In this document: piece after piece, positions 1 through 12,519 of the stretch | Position numbering within the stretch: the first letter of the stretch is position 1 | Layout: every line of letters begins with the position of its first letter | Assembly (NCBI GenBank): GCA_964016885.1 | Contig: OZ024746.1 | Location: 92,070,001 to 92,134,000 of the forward strand | DNA: 64,000 bases | Reading direction: 5' to 3' | Source of the DNA: Eledone cirrhosa | Taxonomy: Eukaryota | Notes under the pieces: generated by a model | Databases searched by the model: none | Seen by the model: the letters and a program-made list of their open reading frames with translations, nothing else | What the model was told of the DNA's origin: nothing | Position numbers and translations under genes: made by a program

Positions 1-2659
1 AACAGTTTCCTCCGATATTAATGGCGTCTTGTTTTATATTTTAATTAAGAATTCTATGAAAGATAATGCAACCCATGAAATCCTATGTTCTGTAGTTTAG
101 GACTACATTCAGTTAATACATATATTTGATGACATTTGCCAAGAGTCAAAGCTACCAAAAATAAATCCGCGATAATCTTGTTAAAAATTATAATTTGATA
201 ATCATAGAAGTTCTAAATTTGAATAAGAAAATCAGACTGCTATTTATTTTTTAAATCTTGAAACTTCCACTTTTGATATCTTTAGGTTTCCGAGAAAGAG
301 ATCGCGAACAGAATTTTAATTAATAATAATGTATTAGGTGTTTGGCAAATTGACAACCAGCACGAATCCATTCAACTGAACACAAAAGCTATTTGTTGCT
401 TTATTTTGTTCATCAGAAAAGAAGGTGGGATTTTTTTCTCTCTCCCATTTCTGACTTGAATTAATCGTGTTGTTCTCAGTGTTCCAGATAATTCTACCAC
501 ACGTCAATGTTGCTTCTCAAAGTGAAACGTTTCAATTAATGCTCAACAAGTAACATTTCTTTCTAAACAGTTGAAAGTACTAACGTTTGTTACACAAGCT
601 AGACAATTACTAATAATTCAAGTATATGTCACACTTAGATTATTAACTTCTATTGAAACATTGTCGTAATAGCACTCATTCTTTGACACGTAAAGAGACA
701 GTGTACTGCAATTTTAATATTTAACAACACCGAGTTACTTCCCTTCCTAATTGGCCATATTTTTTAAACAAAAAATACAGTGGGTTGGTAGAAATGATTT
801 AACTCCAAACAAGATGCTTTACAGTGTTTCATTTCGTCTCTTTGCATTCTCAGTTCAAATCTTTTTGATGTCAAGGAAATAAGAGACAATAAATAATACT
901 CCACTGGGAATGATTAAATCGACGATTGGTCTCGTGCTTTCCCAAAAGAAATTATTACTTTGAATCTATCGAACTGTCTCTAGTTGTAGTAGTGGAATCT
1001 ATATATAACTTTCTGCGATTCTGTCACAATACGTAAAGAGAGAGGAGTTGTTTGACTACCTCATACTACTCCTCTCTCTTTACGTCTGTTGCCTGTATGA
1101 ATGCATGTGTGTAAAAGGGAGGAAGGGGATGGTGAAAAAACTACGCTGTGTGTGTGTTTGTGTAAATGTATGTATGTGTAATTATGTGAATGTATGCCTG
1201 TAAGTGTGTCACACATACACACACGAGTCAGCATATGGAGAAAATTCTAGTAATTAAAAATCTTGGGGAAGGGAGAACTATCGAAAGAACTCTTTCTCCC
1301 TTTTATACATCTGATGCTTTCTCTCTGATATAAAAATATATTTTCCTTGTGAAACTAGCAAACGTTGGCCCCTAGCTTTCTAAGACTACATTGTGCTCCC
1401 ATTTCTCGGTTGAAGTAAACACTTACATCTTATTAAATGTTACAATAACCCATTTTTCTACAAATAAAGACACAGGACACCGTGTCTTTGTTTTTTTAAG
1501 AAATATTTTCGCTACCAGCTTCAAAATCTTTAGGGTACATATAAACCCCATTAAATTTAATTAGCAGTCTAACTTCAGTATCCTGGTTGTAGCCATTTCA
1601 TCCGGAACTGAGGTGTAGACATCGGAAAACTTCAACCTGAAAACAAATGTGTTATTAGATTAAATAACAGTTTCTTGCTCAGATACAAGGCTAAAAATAC
1701 TTAGAAGAGTTGATATTATCCGAGGATTGGCAGAATTGGTAGAGCGTCGGACAATATACTTTGTGGCATAGAGTAACATCCCTTTACGTTCTCAGTTCAA
1801 ATCCCACCGAGGTTAGCTTTGCCTTTCATCCCTACGGGGTTGATAAAATAAAGTACCAGTAATGCACTGGTGTCGATTTCATTGACTTTCCCCTTTCCCA
1901 AAATGGTTGACCTGAAACAGAAACTATTATTAATGTCTTTCTCAAATGTGTATAACATAGAAAATGAAACGAACAAGAGTAATGTTTCAGTAAGAAACTA
2001 GTATATTACTGGTACATATCTTATCCTGTAGAAATGACAAAGTTGACTTCGGTTAGATCTGTAATGTTTTGTTTGTTTTTTAAATTGACACAAGGTTAGC
2101 TATTTCGGGAAGGGGAACGTTCTTTATATAGACCCAGGTTCATAACTGGTACTTTATCGACTTCGGAAAGATGACAGTAAAGTTGACCTCGATGGGATTC
2201 GATCTCAGAATGTAATAAGCTATAATTAGATACCGCAAAATATTTTGTCCGACGCTCTAACGATTCTGACAATCCACCAGCCTAGATCTATAATCAAGAT
2301 GAAGAAAAATAAAATTAAACACTGAAATATATTTAGTGTTATTAGGTCTCATTACTTCCTTAAATCTGCAAGTAATTATTTCCTATGTATTTTCTTCTGG
2401 TTTTATAATGTTATAAATGTTTACCGTTAGAGAGAGAGTCGGTTTCTAACATAGATACAAGACTCTCTCATTGGAATTTACACAACATCAATTAGGTAGA
2501 TATATATGCATGTCTGCATGCATGCATGTGTAGATATGGATGTTATTGTATGTGTGGATGTGGATGTTTTGAGTTGTATGTGTGTATGTGTATATGTTTT
2601 GTATCTGTACATGTGTATATGCAGTTATTAGATGCAGAATGTTTGGAATGTATTACATA

Positions 2660-3560
2660 TTTTTATTGTGCCATTAATGGATTGTACTTGTAATTTCCTA
2701 ACTAGTCGTGTTCTTTCTGTTTCTGTGAAGCCCAGCTTCTCAAGATTTGTACTGCAGTTACTAACTGCAGTTACTAACATATCCCAGTTCCCCAATAATC
2801 ACAGGCATAAATCTGAAGGTGTAATCAGGGTGGAGTATCTTTAGATTTCTCATTAGTTCTGCATAAATATTCTCCTTTTCGCTAATATTTGATATTTGGA
2901 CAGCTAACTTCCCCTACTGTGCATGCCTTCTTTTCCCTGTCCCATATCATTATATCTGGTCTGTTATGTCTGCATTTTATTGGGGTTTTGACTGGAACAT
3001 TCCACCAGTACTCTTTCATATTATGTATGTCTATGTCTTCCACATTGCTGTAGCTTTTAATATGTTTATTGTCGGGGATATCTTTTCTATGGATTGCATT
3101 GTACAGTGTTTTGGCCAGTACATCATGCCTGATAGGTAGATAGTACCGTGATGACATCTTCGATGTTAATTCTGCAGAGTCTGCACTTGTTGTCACATCT
3201 AGGTGTTTTGCCTGCATCCCTATCTCTTTTGTGAATCAGGTATTTTGTATTGAATTCTGATGACAGAATAAAAAGTAGTACAGGGAGATTGTCTCCCTGA
3301 AATATACCCCTGTGATATTCTATTTTATCAGTGAAAATAAAGTCTTCTTTCTCTGTTTTTAACTTTAGGATAGTAGCCTAAGAAGAAGATAGGTTCCCTA
3401 TGGCTCTGATAATAATGTCTGGGACTTTAGCAAGTTGGAGGGCCTCTATCATCCAAGAGTGGGGAACAAAATCAAACGCTTTCCTGTAGTCCAGCCAGAC
3501 TGTAACCATATTCCTCCTAAGTTGTCGCACCTCTGACATCCTGGTTTTGTTAATTACGAG
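2660..3560 (-). mobile_element. Degenerate, internally deleted non-LTR retrotransposon of R4/NeSL type (RT plus restriction-like endonuclease)
   Basis: Minus-strand translation gives RT motifs WLDYRKAFD and RGIFQGD. ORF 2882..3217 carries the RHD...RPDI...EV signature of RLE endonucleases. Confidence 0.8.
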
Positions 3561-5102
3561 TTCAGGGGAAGTTTCGCCTTAATTGTATTTATGTATGGAA
3601 CTGTATCTTTTGATGAGAGCCCCTTAGTCACATACGGCGTTTGGAGCATTTTAAACCTGGCACACCCACCTCCTTTTTTTTATCAAAATGGTTTTATTGC
3701 CAGTTGTAAAAATAACATTACAAATTGTCCTCAATTCTTTCAGAATGAAAATATCAACACAAATATTACAAATAGAATCACCTATTGCTAGGAACCAAAT
3801 ATGAGAGGGCGAAATATTCGATCAAAGCGAGAGAAAGAAAAAATAAAGGGAAACAAAAACAAAAACGACCATCAATTCAACACCAAGTGCGACAATCGAC
3901 CACGCATCACGATAATCGGCCACACATCACGACAATTGGCCACACATCACGTCAATCGGTCACACATCACAACAATCGGCCACACATCACAACAATCGGC
4001 CACACATCACAAGAGCAACAGAGTCTGAATACAGCTGAGTTCTTCTAGAAAGAAATATAGCGGGTAAATTGGTCCCAGTACTGGACTGGTGTTTTTATTT
4101 ATAACTTTAGTAGGCTGAAAAGGAAAGTTGACGTCTGTATGATTTGAACTCAGACCACAGGAAGTAGAAACAAACACCACAATGCATTCTATCCAATGGT
4201 CTTACAACTCAGCCAATTTGGCTTCTAAAAAATAGGAAGGAGCTGATCATCAGACCACACCAAGATTTCCATTGGTCTTTTTTTTTTTTTTATCTGTCAG
4301 TGCTACTCTTGGCAGAACAACTGTTCTGGTGACAGGATGTAATTAGTGTTCAGTCGGAATTAATTCTAATTTACAACCCTGCTAACCTCGAAAACCCCAA
4401 ATAGAAAGTACCATGAAAAACCGTGCCCCCAAAACGAGGAGATATGGGACAAAATGGGGAGATTTTACATAATGAAAGCTATACCCATTTTCAGAAGAGA
4501 AGACATCAATCACCCCCCCCCCCCCCCCCCAAAGAGGGTGAGAGATCTCCCCTCGGACGGGGAGTGTTGACAGGTCTCACAACCTATTTTCACATACTGT
4601 TCACGTGGATAAAACTAATATTTTTTTGCGTGTAGTAGTATATGTTGATTTTTATATCCAGCTACAAACAAAAATTGTACTTTAAACTACTAACAGTATT
4701 TTATGTGTGGATTATACATTTACAATGTCGCTGCTGAAGTCTTAATTAAGTTAAGAAATCAACTGCGACATTATAATTATAATTTAATTAAGACTTCAAC
4801 TGCAACATTGTAAATATATAATCCATACATAAAATACTGTTACTAGTTAGAACTACAATTTTTGTTTATAGCTGGATATAAAAATCATTTAAATTAACAG
4901 AATATCAACATATAACTACTACACGCAAAATATATTAGTTTTATCCACGTGAACGATATGCGAAAACAAGTTGTGTTGGTAGGGCTTCAATATGGCTACT
5001 TATAAATAGATTTCAGTCGATAATATCTGACGGTTTTCATATATCTATAACTAGTTCAACTGCTACCATTGACAACAACAATTAGTAATCTACGTGGTTA
5101 AC

Positions 5103-5151
5103 ATGACAGAGAATAACGACGGAATCGCTTCCAGTCCGGAATCCTATCTTG
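5103..5151 (+). CDS. CSTPP1: CSTPP1/C11orf49 orthologue, coding exon 1 (MTENNDGIASSPESYL, phase 1)
   Basis: ATG at 5103 and donor G|gtaagt at 5152. It splices in frame to the 21170 exon, giving ...ESYLERLQVLLYLED, which parallels the recalled human C11orf49 N-terminus (EYLAQRHVLTYMED). Confidence 0.8.
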
Positions 5152-5263
5152 GTAAGTCATCAATAATCAAAATAGAATCCATAGCTAATTCTCTATATTT
5201 CAGATTTATTCATATCCGTTTTCAGAAGGAAATCATGCATAAGAGAGAATTTGTTCTGTGACT

Positions 5264-5276
5264 GTTGCTAAGCAAC
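5264..5276. promoter_or_regulatory. RFX X-box (GTTGCTAAGCAAC) near the start of intron 1
   Basis: Palindromic match to the RFX X-box consensus about 160 bp downstream of the ATG of a cilia/centriolar-satellite gene. A weaker X-box-like GCTACCATTGACAAC lies at 5062-5076. Confidence 0.6.
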
Positions 5277-5751
5277 ACTGGCTTCAGTGCCTCAATAAAC
5301 TTCTCTGTTTTAACTTTTATAACACCTCTTGTTTCAACATATCTCGCCAATCTATGTTCATTCTTTGGCGAATATTATATAAACTCTAATAAAAAAAATA
5401 AATGTAATAAAAATAAGCAAAAACTATTTCAGTTAGAAAAAAAACGTAGCTTCGTCAATATTTCTACTTTTAGAAATATTTCTATTTTAAGTTTATTTCT
5501 AAAATATTATTTCCTATTCCAATTTCTTATAACTGATTTTAACAAATAGTGCCATAAATTTAAAGAGGAAATAGAATGAGCTTTTGTGGTTTCCATTCAG
5601 ATCTTAGTTATCCCTATAATAAACAGACGGTCCTTTATTCACAGTTGTATAAATAACATTACAAATTGCTCATAATTAATACTTTCACTATAAAAATAGA
5701 AACATATAATAAATACAACTCACTATTGCTAGGAACCTCACAACTATAACA

Positions 5752-6650
5752 TCTATATATATAAAACTGAGGATGTCTGTCTGTGTGTGTGTGAGTTTGA
5801 ATCCCTAAAACTCGAGAAGCACCCGACCGGCTATTTTCAAACTTTACACATGTAATACTTATGTCTCAGGGAGTGTTCTGAGCAAAAAGAATTTCAAATT
5901 TTCAATACCCTAGGGGCCGCATTAGACGATTTAGCGATCTCTCTCTATAATTCTTAGTCTTTCTCTTTTTAGATAGATACATACATATAACGTCGCGCCC
6001 TTATAATATCTGTCTCTATGTTTGGCTGTCTGCATCACGTCACTTCCCTGAGGATGTCTGTGTGTGTGTATATGTGTGTGTGTCTGTGAGTTTGAATCCC
6101 TAAAGTTCGAGAAGTACCCAACCGACTTTTTTCAAACTTTACATGTGTATTACTTATATTACTTTTTGATCTCCTAGGGCCCACATTAGATGAAAAACTG
6201 CATTTTTTTTAGCTTTTTATGGGTTTTTTTAGGCGTTACGTCAGACCGATTTCCTTGAAATTGTAACGATGTATTAGTCAGTCTCTTCTTCATACCGTGA
6301 GCAAAGAACATCCAACTTTTTTATGGCCCGCATTAGGTGGAAAACTTTATTTTTTTCAGCTTTTTAATGCTTTTTGGAGACGTTACGTCTAGCCGATTTT
6401 CCCGAAATTTCAAGGCATATTATGCACATAAAAAATATTCATTTTCTTGATCCCCTAGGGCCCGCATTAGGTGAAAACCTGCATTTTTCCTGCTTCCTTG
6501 AGGAAAATCTTAAAGATTATCCAGCCATCAGAGTATTCGGTTTATTTTCTTTACATATTGTCCAGGCATGCAGTTTTCCTACGATTAGGTCTGTTGGGGG
6601 CCCGCGTTCCAAAATACCTTATCCCGTGCAACGCCGGGTACCACTTCTAG
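5752..6650 (+). mobile_element. Non-autonomous Helitron
   Basis: 5' a|TCTATATAT...GTCTGTCTGTGTG start and 3' hairpin CCCGTGCAACGCCGGG followed by CTAG|t. A related copy lies at 16469-17762. Confidence 0.75.
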
Positions 6651-7018
6651 TATATAATAAATGCAACTAACTATTGCTAGGAACCTCACAACTATAAACA
6701 CATCCAGAGCGAGAGAAAGAAAAAAGGGACCCCATATCTGGTTCTATGATACTGCTCCTTTCTCGAATCTTCATTTTGAAATGAAAACATTTCATTATAA
6801 CTCTATTAGAACCACTGATGGAAATGTATGGGGTACACAAAGGAACATGTCCTTACCTTCCAGTTTACAGGAGGTGGGACTTGTAGCTTCACTTGCCCAA
6901 CCACCACCACCACAACTCCACCCTCACCCCTCTCCCCAGACCGCTCAGATCTTACTGTATCTCTTATTCCTAAAATCTATTTTCATCACTGACTCCTCTA
7001 TTTAACTAGATTCTAAAC

Positions 7019-7770
7019 CAGACATGGGCAACATTTTTCCGTGCTGTGAGTCACATAGGATGTGGCTCATCATAAGGTGGGCCACATAGGATGTGGATCA
7101 TCATAAGGTGGGCCACATAGGATGTGGCTCAACATAAGGTGGGCCACATAGGATGTGGCTCAACATCAGGTGTCCCACATAGGATGTGGCTCAACATAAG
7201 GTGGGCCACATAGGATGTGGCTCATCAGAAGGTGGACCACATAGGACGTGGCTCATCATAAGGTGGGCCACATAGGATGTGGCTCATCATAAGGTGGGCC
7301 ACATAGGACGTGGCTCAACATAAGGTGGGCCACATAGGATGTGGCTCATCATAAGGTGGGCCACATAGGATGTGGATCAACATAAGGTGGGCCACATAGG
7401 ATGTGGCTCATCATAAGGTGGACCACATAGGATGTGGCTCAACATAAGGTGGGCCACATAGGATGTGGCTCAACATAAGGTGGGCCACATAGGATGTGAC
7501 TCATCATAAGGTGGGCCACATAGGATGTGGTTCAACATAAGGTGGGCCACATAGGATGTGACTCAACATAAGGTGGGCCACATAGGATGTGGCTCAACAT
7601 AAGGTGGGCCACATAGGATGTGACTCATCATAAGGTGGGCCACATAGGATGTGGCTCATCATAAGGTGGGCCACATAGGATGTGGTTCAACATAAGGTGG
7701 GCCACATAGGATGTGGCTCAACATATGGTGGGCGACATGCGGCTCGCGGGCCACAGTTGGCTCATGACTG
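7019..7770. mobile_element. hAT (Charlie-like) MITE containing a 31-bp minisatellite
   Basis: Termini CAGACATGGGCAAC...GTTGGCTCATGACTG, subterminal GCGGCTCGCGGGCCAC, and imperfect 8-bp TSD ttctaaac/tcctagaa. Confidence 0.65.
7052..7730. repeat. 31-bp minisatellite (CACATAGGATGTGGCTCATCATAAGGTGGGC), about 22 units
   Basis: Direct tandem repeat; each unit contains the hairpin GCCACAT-AGG-ATGTGGC. Confidence 0.95.
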
Positions 7771-7787
7771 TCCTAGAAAACAAATGA

Positions 7788-8165
7788 ATAATTGTTTCTA
7801 ATTTTGGCACAAGGCCAGCAATTTGAAGGAGCAGAGGAAGTCGATTAAATCGACCCCAGTGCATTACAGGTATTCTATTTTATCGACCCCAGTACATTAC
7901 AGGTATTCTATTTTATTGACCCCAGTACATTACAGGTATTCTATTTTATCGACCCCAGTGCATTACAGGTATTCTATTTTATCGACCCCAGTACATTACA
8001 GGTATTCTATTTTATCGAGCCCAGTGCATTACAGGTATTCTATTTTATCGACCCCAGAAAGATGAAAGGCCAAGCTAACCTCGTGGGATTTGAACTCAGA
8101 ATGTAAAGGGACATAACTCTGTGCAGCATATTGTCCGCCCCTCTACCGTTTACTGCCAATTCAAC
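7788..8165 (-). mobile_element. tRNA-derived SINE (family A) with an internal 33-bp unit expanded 6 times (7849-8057)
   Basis: Reverse complement of family A; unit ATCGACCCCAGTGCATTACAGGTATTCTATTTT is repeated. Confidence 0.85.
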
Positions 8166-8204
8166 ACCGTTGCCAACCTTATGTATAACACGTCTCTGTT
8201 GAGT

Positions 8205-10602
8205 AACACCCCCCTCTAATGTAGTACTCTAAAGACTGTTCAAGTTACCCCCCCTGTAATGTAGTACTCTAAAGACTGTTCAAGTTACCCCCCCCCCCCC
8301 TCTAATATAGTACTCTAAAGACTGTTCAAGTTACCCCCCTCTAATGTAGTACTCTAAAGACTGTTCAAGTTACCCCCCTAATGTAGTACTCTAAAGACTG
8401 TTCAAGTTACCCCCCTCTAATGTAGTACTCTAAAGACTGTTCAATTTACCCCCCCCTGTAATGTAGTACTCTAAAGACTGTTCAAGTCACCCCCCCCTCT
8501 AATATAGTACTCTAAAGACTGTTCAAGTTACCCCCCTCTAATGTAGTACTCTAAAGACTGTTCAAGTTACCCCCCTAATGTAGTACTCTAAAGACTGTTC
8601 AAGTTACCCCCCTCTAATGTAGTACTCTAAAGACTGTTCAATTTACCCCCCCCCCTGTAATGTAGTACTCTAAAGACTGTTCAAGTTACCCCCCTGTAAT
8701 GTAGTACTCTAAAGACTGTTCAAGTTACCCCCCCTCTAATGTAGTACTCTAAATACTGTTCAAGTTACCCCCCACCCTCTAATGTAGTACTCTAAAGACT
8801 GTTCAAGTTACCCCCCTCTAATGTAGTACTCTAAAGACTGTTCAAGTTACCCCCCCCTCTAATGTAGTACTCTAAAGACTGTTCAAGTTACCCCCCCTCT
8901 AATGTAGTACTCTAAAGACTGTTCAAGTTACCCCCCCCTCTAATGTAGTACTCTAAAGACTGTTCAAGTTACCCCCCCTCTAATGTAGTACTCTAAAGAC
9001 TGTTCAAGTTACCCCCCTCTAATGTAGTACTCTAAAGACTGTTCAAGTTACCCCCCCCTCTAATGTAGTACTCTAAAGACTGTTCAAGTTACCCCCCCCC
9101 CTCTAATGTAGTACTCTAAAGACTGTTCAAGTTACCCCCCTCTAATGTAGTACTCTAAAGACTGTTCAAATTACCCCCCCCCCCCCCCTGTAATATAGTA
9201 CTCTAAAGACTGTTCAAGTTACCCCCCTGTAATGTAGTACTCTAAAGACTGTTCAAGTTACCCCCCTGTAATATAGTACTCTAAAGACTGTTCAAGTTAC
9301 CCCCCCCCCTGTAATATAGTACTCTAAAGACTGTTCAAGTTACCCCCCCCTCTAATGTAGTACTCTAAAGACTGTTCAAGTTACCCCCCTCTAATGTAGT
9401 ACTCTAAAGACTGTTCAAGTTACCCCCCCTCTAATGCAGTACTCTAAAGACTGTTCAAGTTACCCCCCTGTAATATAGTACTCTAAAGACTGTTCAAGTT
9501 ACCCCCCCTCTAATGCAGTACTCTAAAGACTGTTCAAGTTACCCCCCTCTAATGTAGTACTCTAAAGACTGTTCAAGTTACCCCCCTCTAATGTAGTACT
9601 CTAAAGACTGTTCAAGTTACCCCACCCCCTCTAATGTAGGACTCTAAAGACTGTTCAAGTTACCCCCCTGTAATGTAGTACTCTAAAGACTGTTCAAATT
9701 ACCCCCCCCCCCCTGTAATATAGTACTCTAAAGACTGTTCAAGTTACCCCCCCCCTGTAATATAGTACTCTAAAGACTTTTCAAGTTACCCCCCTCTAAT
9801 GCAGTACTCTAAAGACTGTTCAAGTTACCCCCCCTCTAATGCAGTACTCTAAAGACTGTTCAAGTTACCCCCCTCTAATGTAGTACTCTAAAGACTGTTC
9901 AAGTTACCCCCCCTCTAATGCAGTACTCTAAAGACTGTTCAAGTTACCCCCCTCTAATGTAGTACTCTAAAGACTGTTCAAGTTACCCCCCCTCTAATGC
10001 AGTACTCTAAAGACTGTTCAAGTTACCCCCCTCTAATGTAGTACTCTAAAGACTGTTCAAATTACCCCCCCCCCCTGTAATATAGTACTCTAAAGACTGT
10101 TCAAGTTACCCCCCCCTGTAATATAGTACTCTAAAGACTGTTCAAGTTACCCCCCCCTCTAATGCAGTACTCTAAAGACTGTTCAAGTTACCCCCCTGTA
10201 ATGTAGTACTCTAAAGACTGTTCAAATTACCCCCCCCCCCCTGTAATATAGTACTCTAAAGACTGTTCAAGTTACCCCCCCCCCTGTAATATAGTACTCT
10301 AAAGACTGTTCAAGTTACCCCCCTCTAATGCAGTACTCTAAAGACTGTTCAAGTTACCCCCCTCTAATGTAGTACTCTAAAGACTGTTCAAGTTACCCCC
10401 CCTCTAATGCAGTACTCTAAAGACTGTTCAAGTTACCCCCCTCTAATGTAGTACTCTAAAGACTGTTCAAGTTACCCCACCCCCTCTAATGTAGGACTCT
10501 AAAGACTGTTCAAGTTACCCCACCCCTCTAATGTAGGACTCTAAAGACTGTTCAAGTTACCCCCCCCCCTCTAATGTAGAACTCTAAAGAACTGTTCGAA
10601 TT

Positions 10603-10615
<13 letters not shown>
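8205..10615. repeat. About 40-bp satellite TAATGTAGTACTCTAAAGACTGTTCAAGTTA(C)n with a variable poly-C tract, roughly 55-60 units
   Basis: Direct tandem repeat. Confidence 0.97.
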
Positions 10616-10633
<18 letters not shown>

Positions 10634-11079
10634 CTCCTCTACCTGTTCAAGTAGAAGTTGTTTTGTTGTTGACATGTGTGTAATTTAAGAAAAAAACTAT
10701 ATTCCTCTTTGGTAATTTGAGGATAGCTGTAGTCGATCTGACATGATTTGGTATCCTACTTCGAAATAACAAGTATAGTGAACATTTTTTTAAAATCTTT
10801 ATTGAATAACAATCATTAATACGTGTTTATTTTATTTTTTTTTTCCTGCTATTTTATCCTATTATCTCAGGATATGTACTGTTGGCCAATTTGTGGCAAC
10901 AGTTAAAATCTGTATATTTGTAACATCACGAAAATAACTGAGTGGCTGTGAGTTGAGTTTTTCTTCTAACACCTACATTTCTCAATTATTTCTGTATGTA
11001 TACTTAACTTATATTGCCTGAAATTTGTGTCTGTACACTGCTGTGAACATCATACATACATTTGTATTAATTGTTTTAA

Positions 11080-11286
11080 CCCTTTAGTGTTCAAACCGGC
11101 CAAAACCGGCCAGAAATCTCTACCTCTTTCTGTTGAAACTGGCTGTAACTGGTCGCTCAAACTGATGTTAAGGTATTGTTCTCAAAATAAATACTTTCAA
11201 AATCTCATAGATTCGATATTATGTGAGGTAAAGCCTTTACCATGAAAATATAATAGTATATATAAAATAATGTGAATGCTAAAGGG
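11080..11286. mobile_element. piggyBac-type MITE
   Basis: TTAA|CCCTTTAG...CTAAAGGG|TTAA. An inverted relative lies at 12520-12848 and a partial copy at about 21880-22080. Confidence 0.8.
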
Positions 11287-11297
11287 TTAAGCCTTAT

Positions 11298-11372
<75 letters not shown>

Positions 11373-11581
11373 AGGAGGTGAGTTTTATTGTAGCAACAAT
11401 AAAGCAATGCAAACATCGGATAAGTAGCACTCCACAGTTTATAGGACTGGAGTATAAATAATATAAGATCAAAAGATGGTTAAAAGAGTTCCAGTGAGCA
11501 GTGAAGTTTTAAATCAACATATATGTTGATTTAAAACTTCACTGCTCACAAGTCTTTTTTAAACTTCATATCATGTTTCCC

Positions 11582-11652
11582 TATTTTATCTGATGAGAAC
11601 GCAAATATCATCCCATGATGATATTTGTTTTTGAAATGAGCATAATAAAATA
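11582..11652 (+). ncRNA. Type I hammerhead ribozyme motif (Penelope pLTR-like)
   Basis: Stem I TATTTTAT/ATAAAATA; CTGATGA 11590-96; 16-bp stem II; GAAA 11633-36; short stem III ATG-AG-CAT; AUA cleavage triplet at 11642-44. Confidence 0.8.
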
Positions 11653-11899
11653 CTTGGAACTCTTTTAACCATCTTTCGATCTTATATATATATATATATA
11701 TATATATATCATCATCATCATCATTTTATTTTACGTCTGCTTTTTCCTGCTTGCAAGGGTGGGACGGGAACTGATTCTGGCTTGATTTCTACAGCTGGAT
11801 GCCCTTCCTAACACCAACCTCATTTACAGTGAGTTCTGGGTGCTTTTTTGCCGTGGTGCCTACACGTCCACTTTGCAGTGGAATGATAGGGAACCCAGT

Positions 11900-12050
11900 C
11901 CCTATCATCTCATTTCTACAGCTGAGTAAACTGGAGCAATGGGAAATAAAGTGTCTTGCTCAAGGAAACAACACATCACCCGGTCTGAGAATTGAACTCA
12001 CAACCTTTCGATTGCAAAGTCAATGCTCTAACCACTAAGCCATGTGCCTC
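11900..12050 (-). mobile_element. tRNA-derived SINE (family B-like head)
   Basis: Reverse complement reads GGCACATGGCTTAGTGGTTAGAGC...GAGTTCAATTCTC...CCTTGAGCAAGACAC with A/B boxes. Confidence 0.7.
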
Positions 12051-12082
12051 CATATATATATGATGATGATGATATATATATA

Positions 12083-12420
12083 CTAGCTGTGTTATCCAGC
12101 TTCACCCGGGTTAACAGATAAGGGAAGACCGGTAGAAGAGAAAATGGCTGTATTGGATGTGTTGTCTGGTTTACAAGGCGAGACCATCTTAACAACATTC
12201 CAATACCTGATGACTCGTATCGTAAAATTTTGATTAACAATGTCAATTTGTTTGTAAGAAGCTGACATGCCTTTCATCATGACAAAAACATTAATGGAAC
12301 TCAGCAGGAGAAGAAATCCAATAGAGAATTTTATGGATTCAAACACATAGAAAACTCTCCACATAATATTCTTCTGGATGAATTTGAAAGTGACCTCATA
12401 GACATGGTCAGATTGCTTTT
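12083..12420 (-). mobile_element. Helitron 3' end fragment
   Basis: Reverse complement ends in hairpin CCCGGGTGAAGCTGGA followed by CTAG|T. The 5' boundary is uncertain. Confidence 0.45.
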
Positions 12421-12519
12421 AACACAGCTTATCTTTATACCTGGCTGTTTCTTTAAAATGTACTCATGTTTTGCATGTTATTACATCTGTGATATGAAAT
12501 TACCTTTTGCTTGTTTTAA

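Noticed and set aside
8205-10615. CRISPR-like constant repeat with variable spacers
   Set aside because: Spacers are only poly-C length variants; eukaryotic intron and no cas genes.
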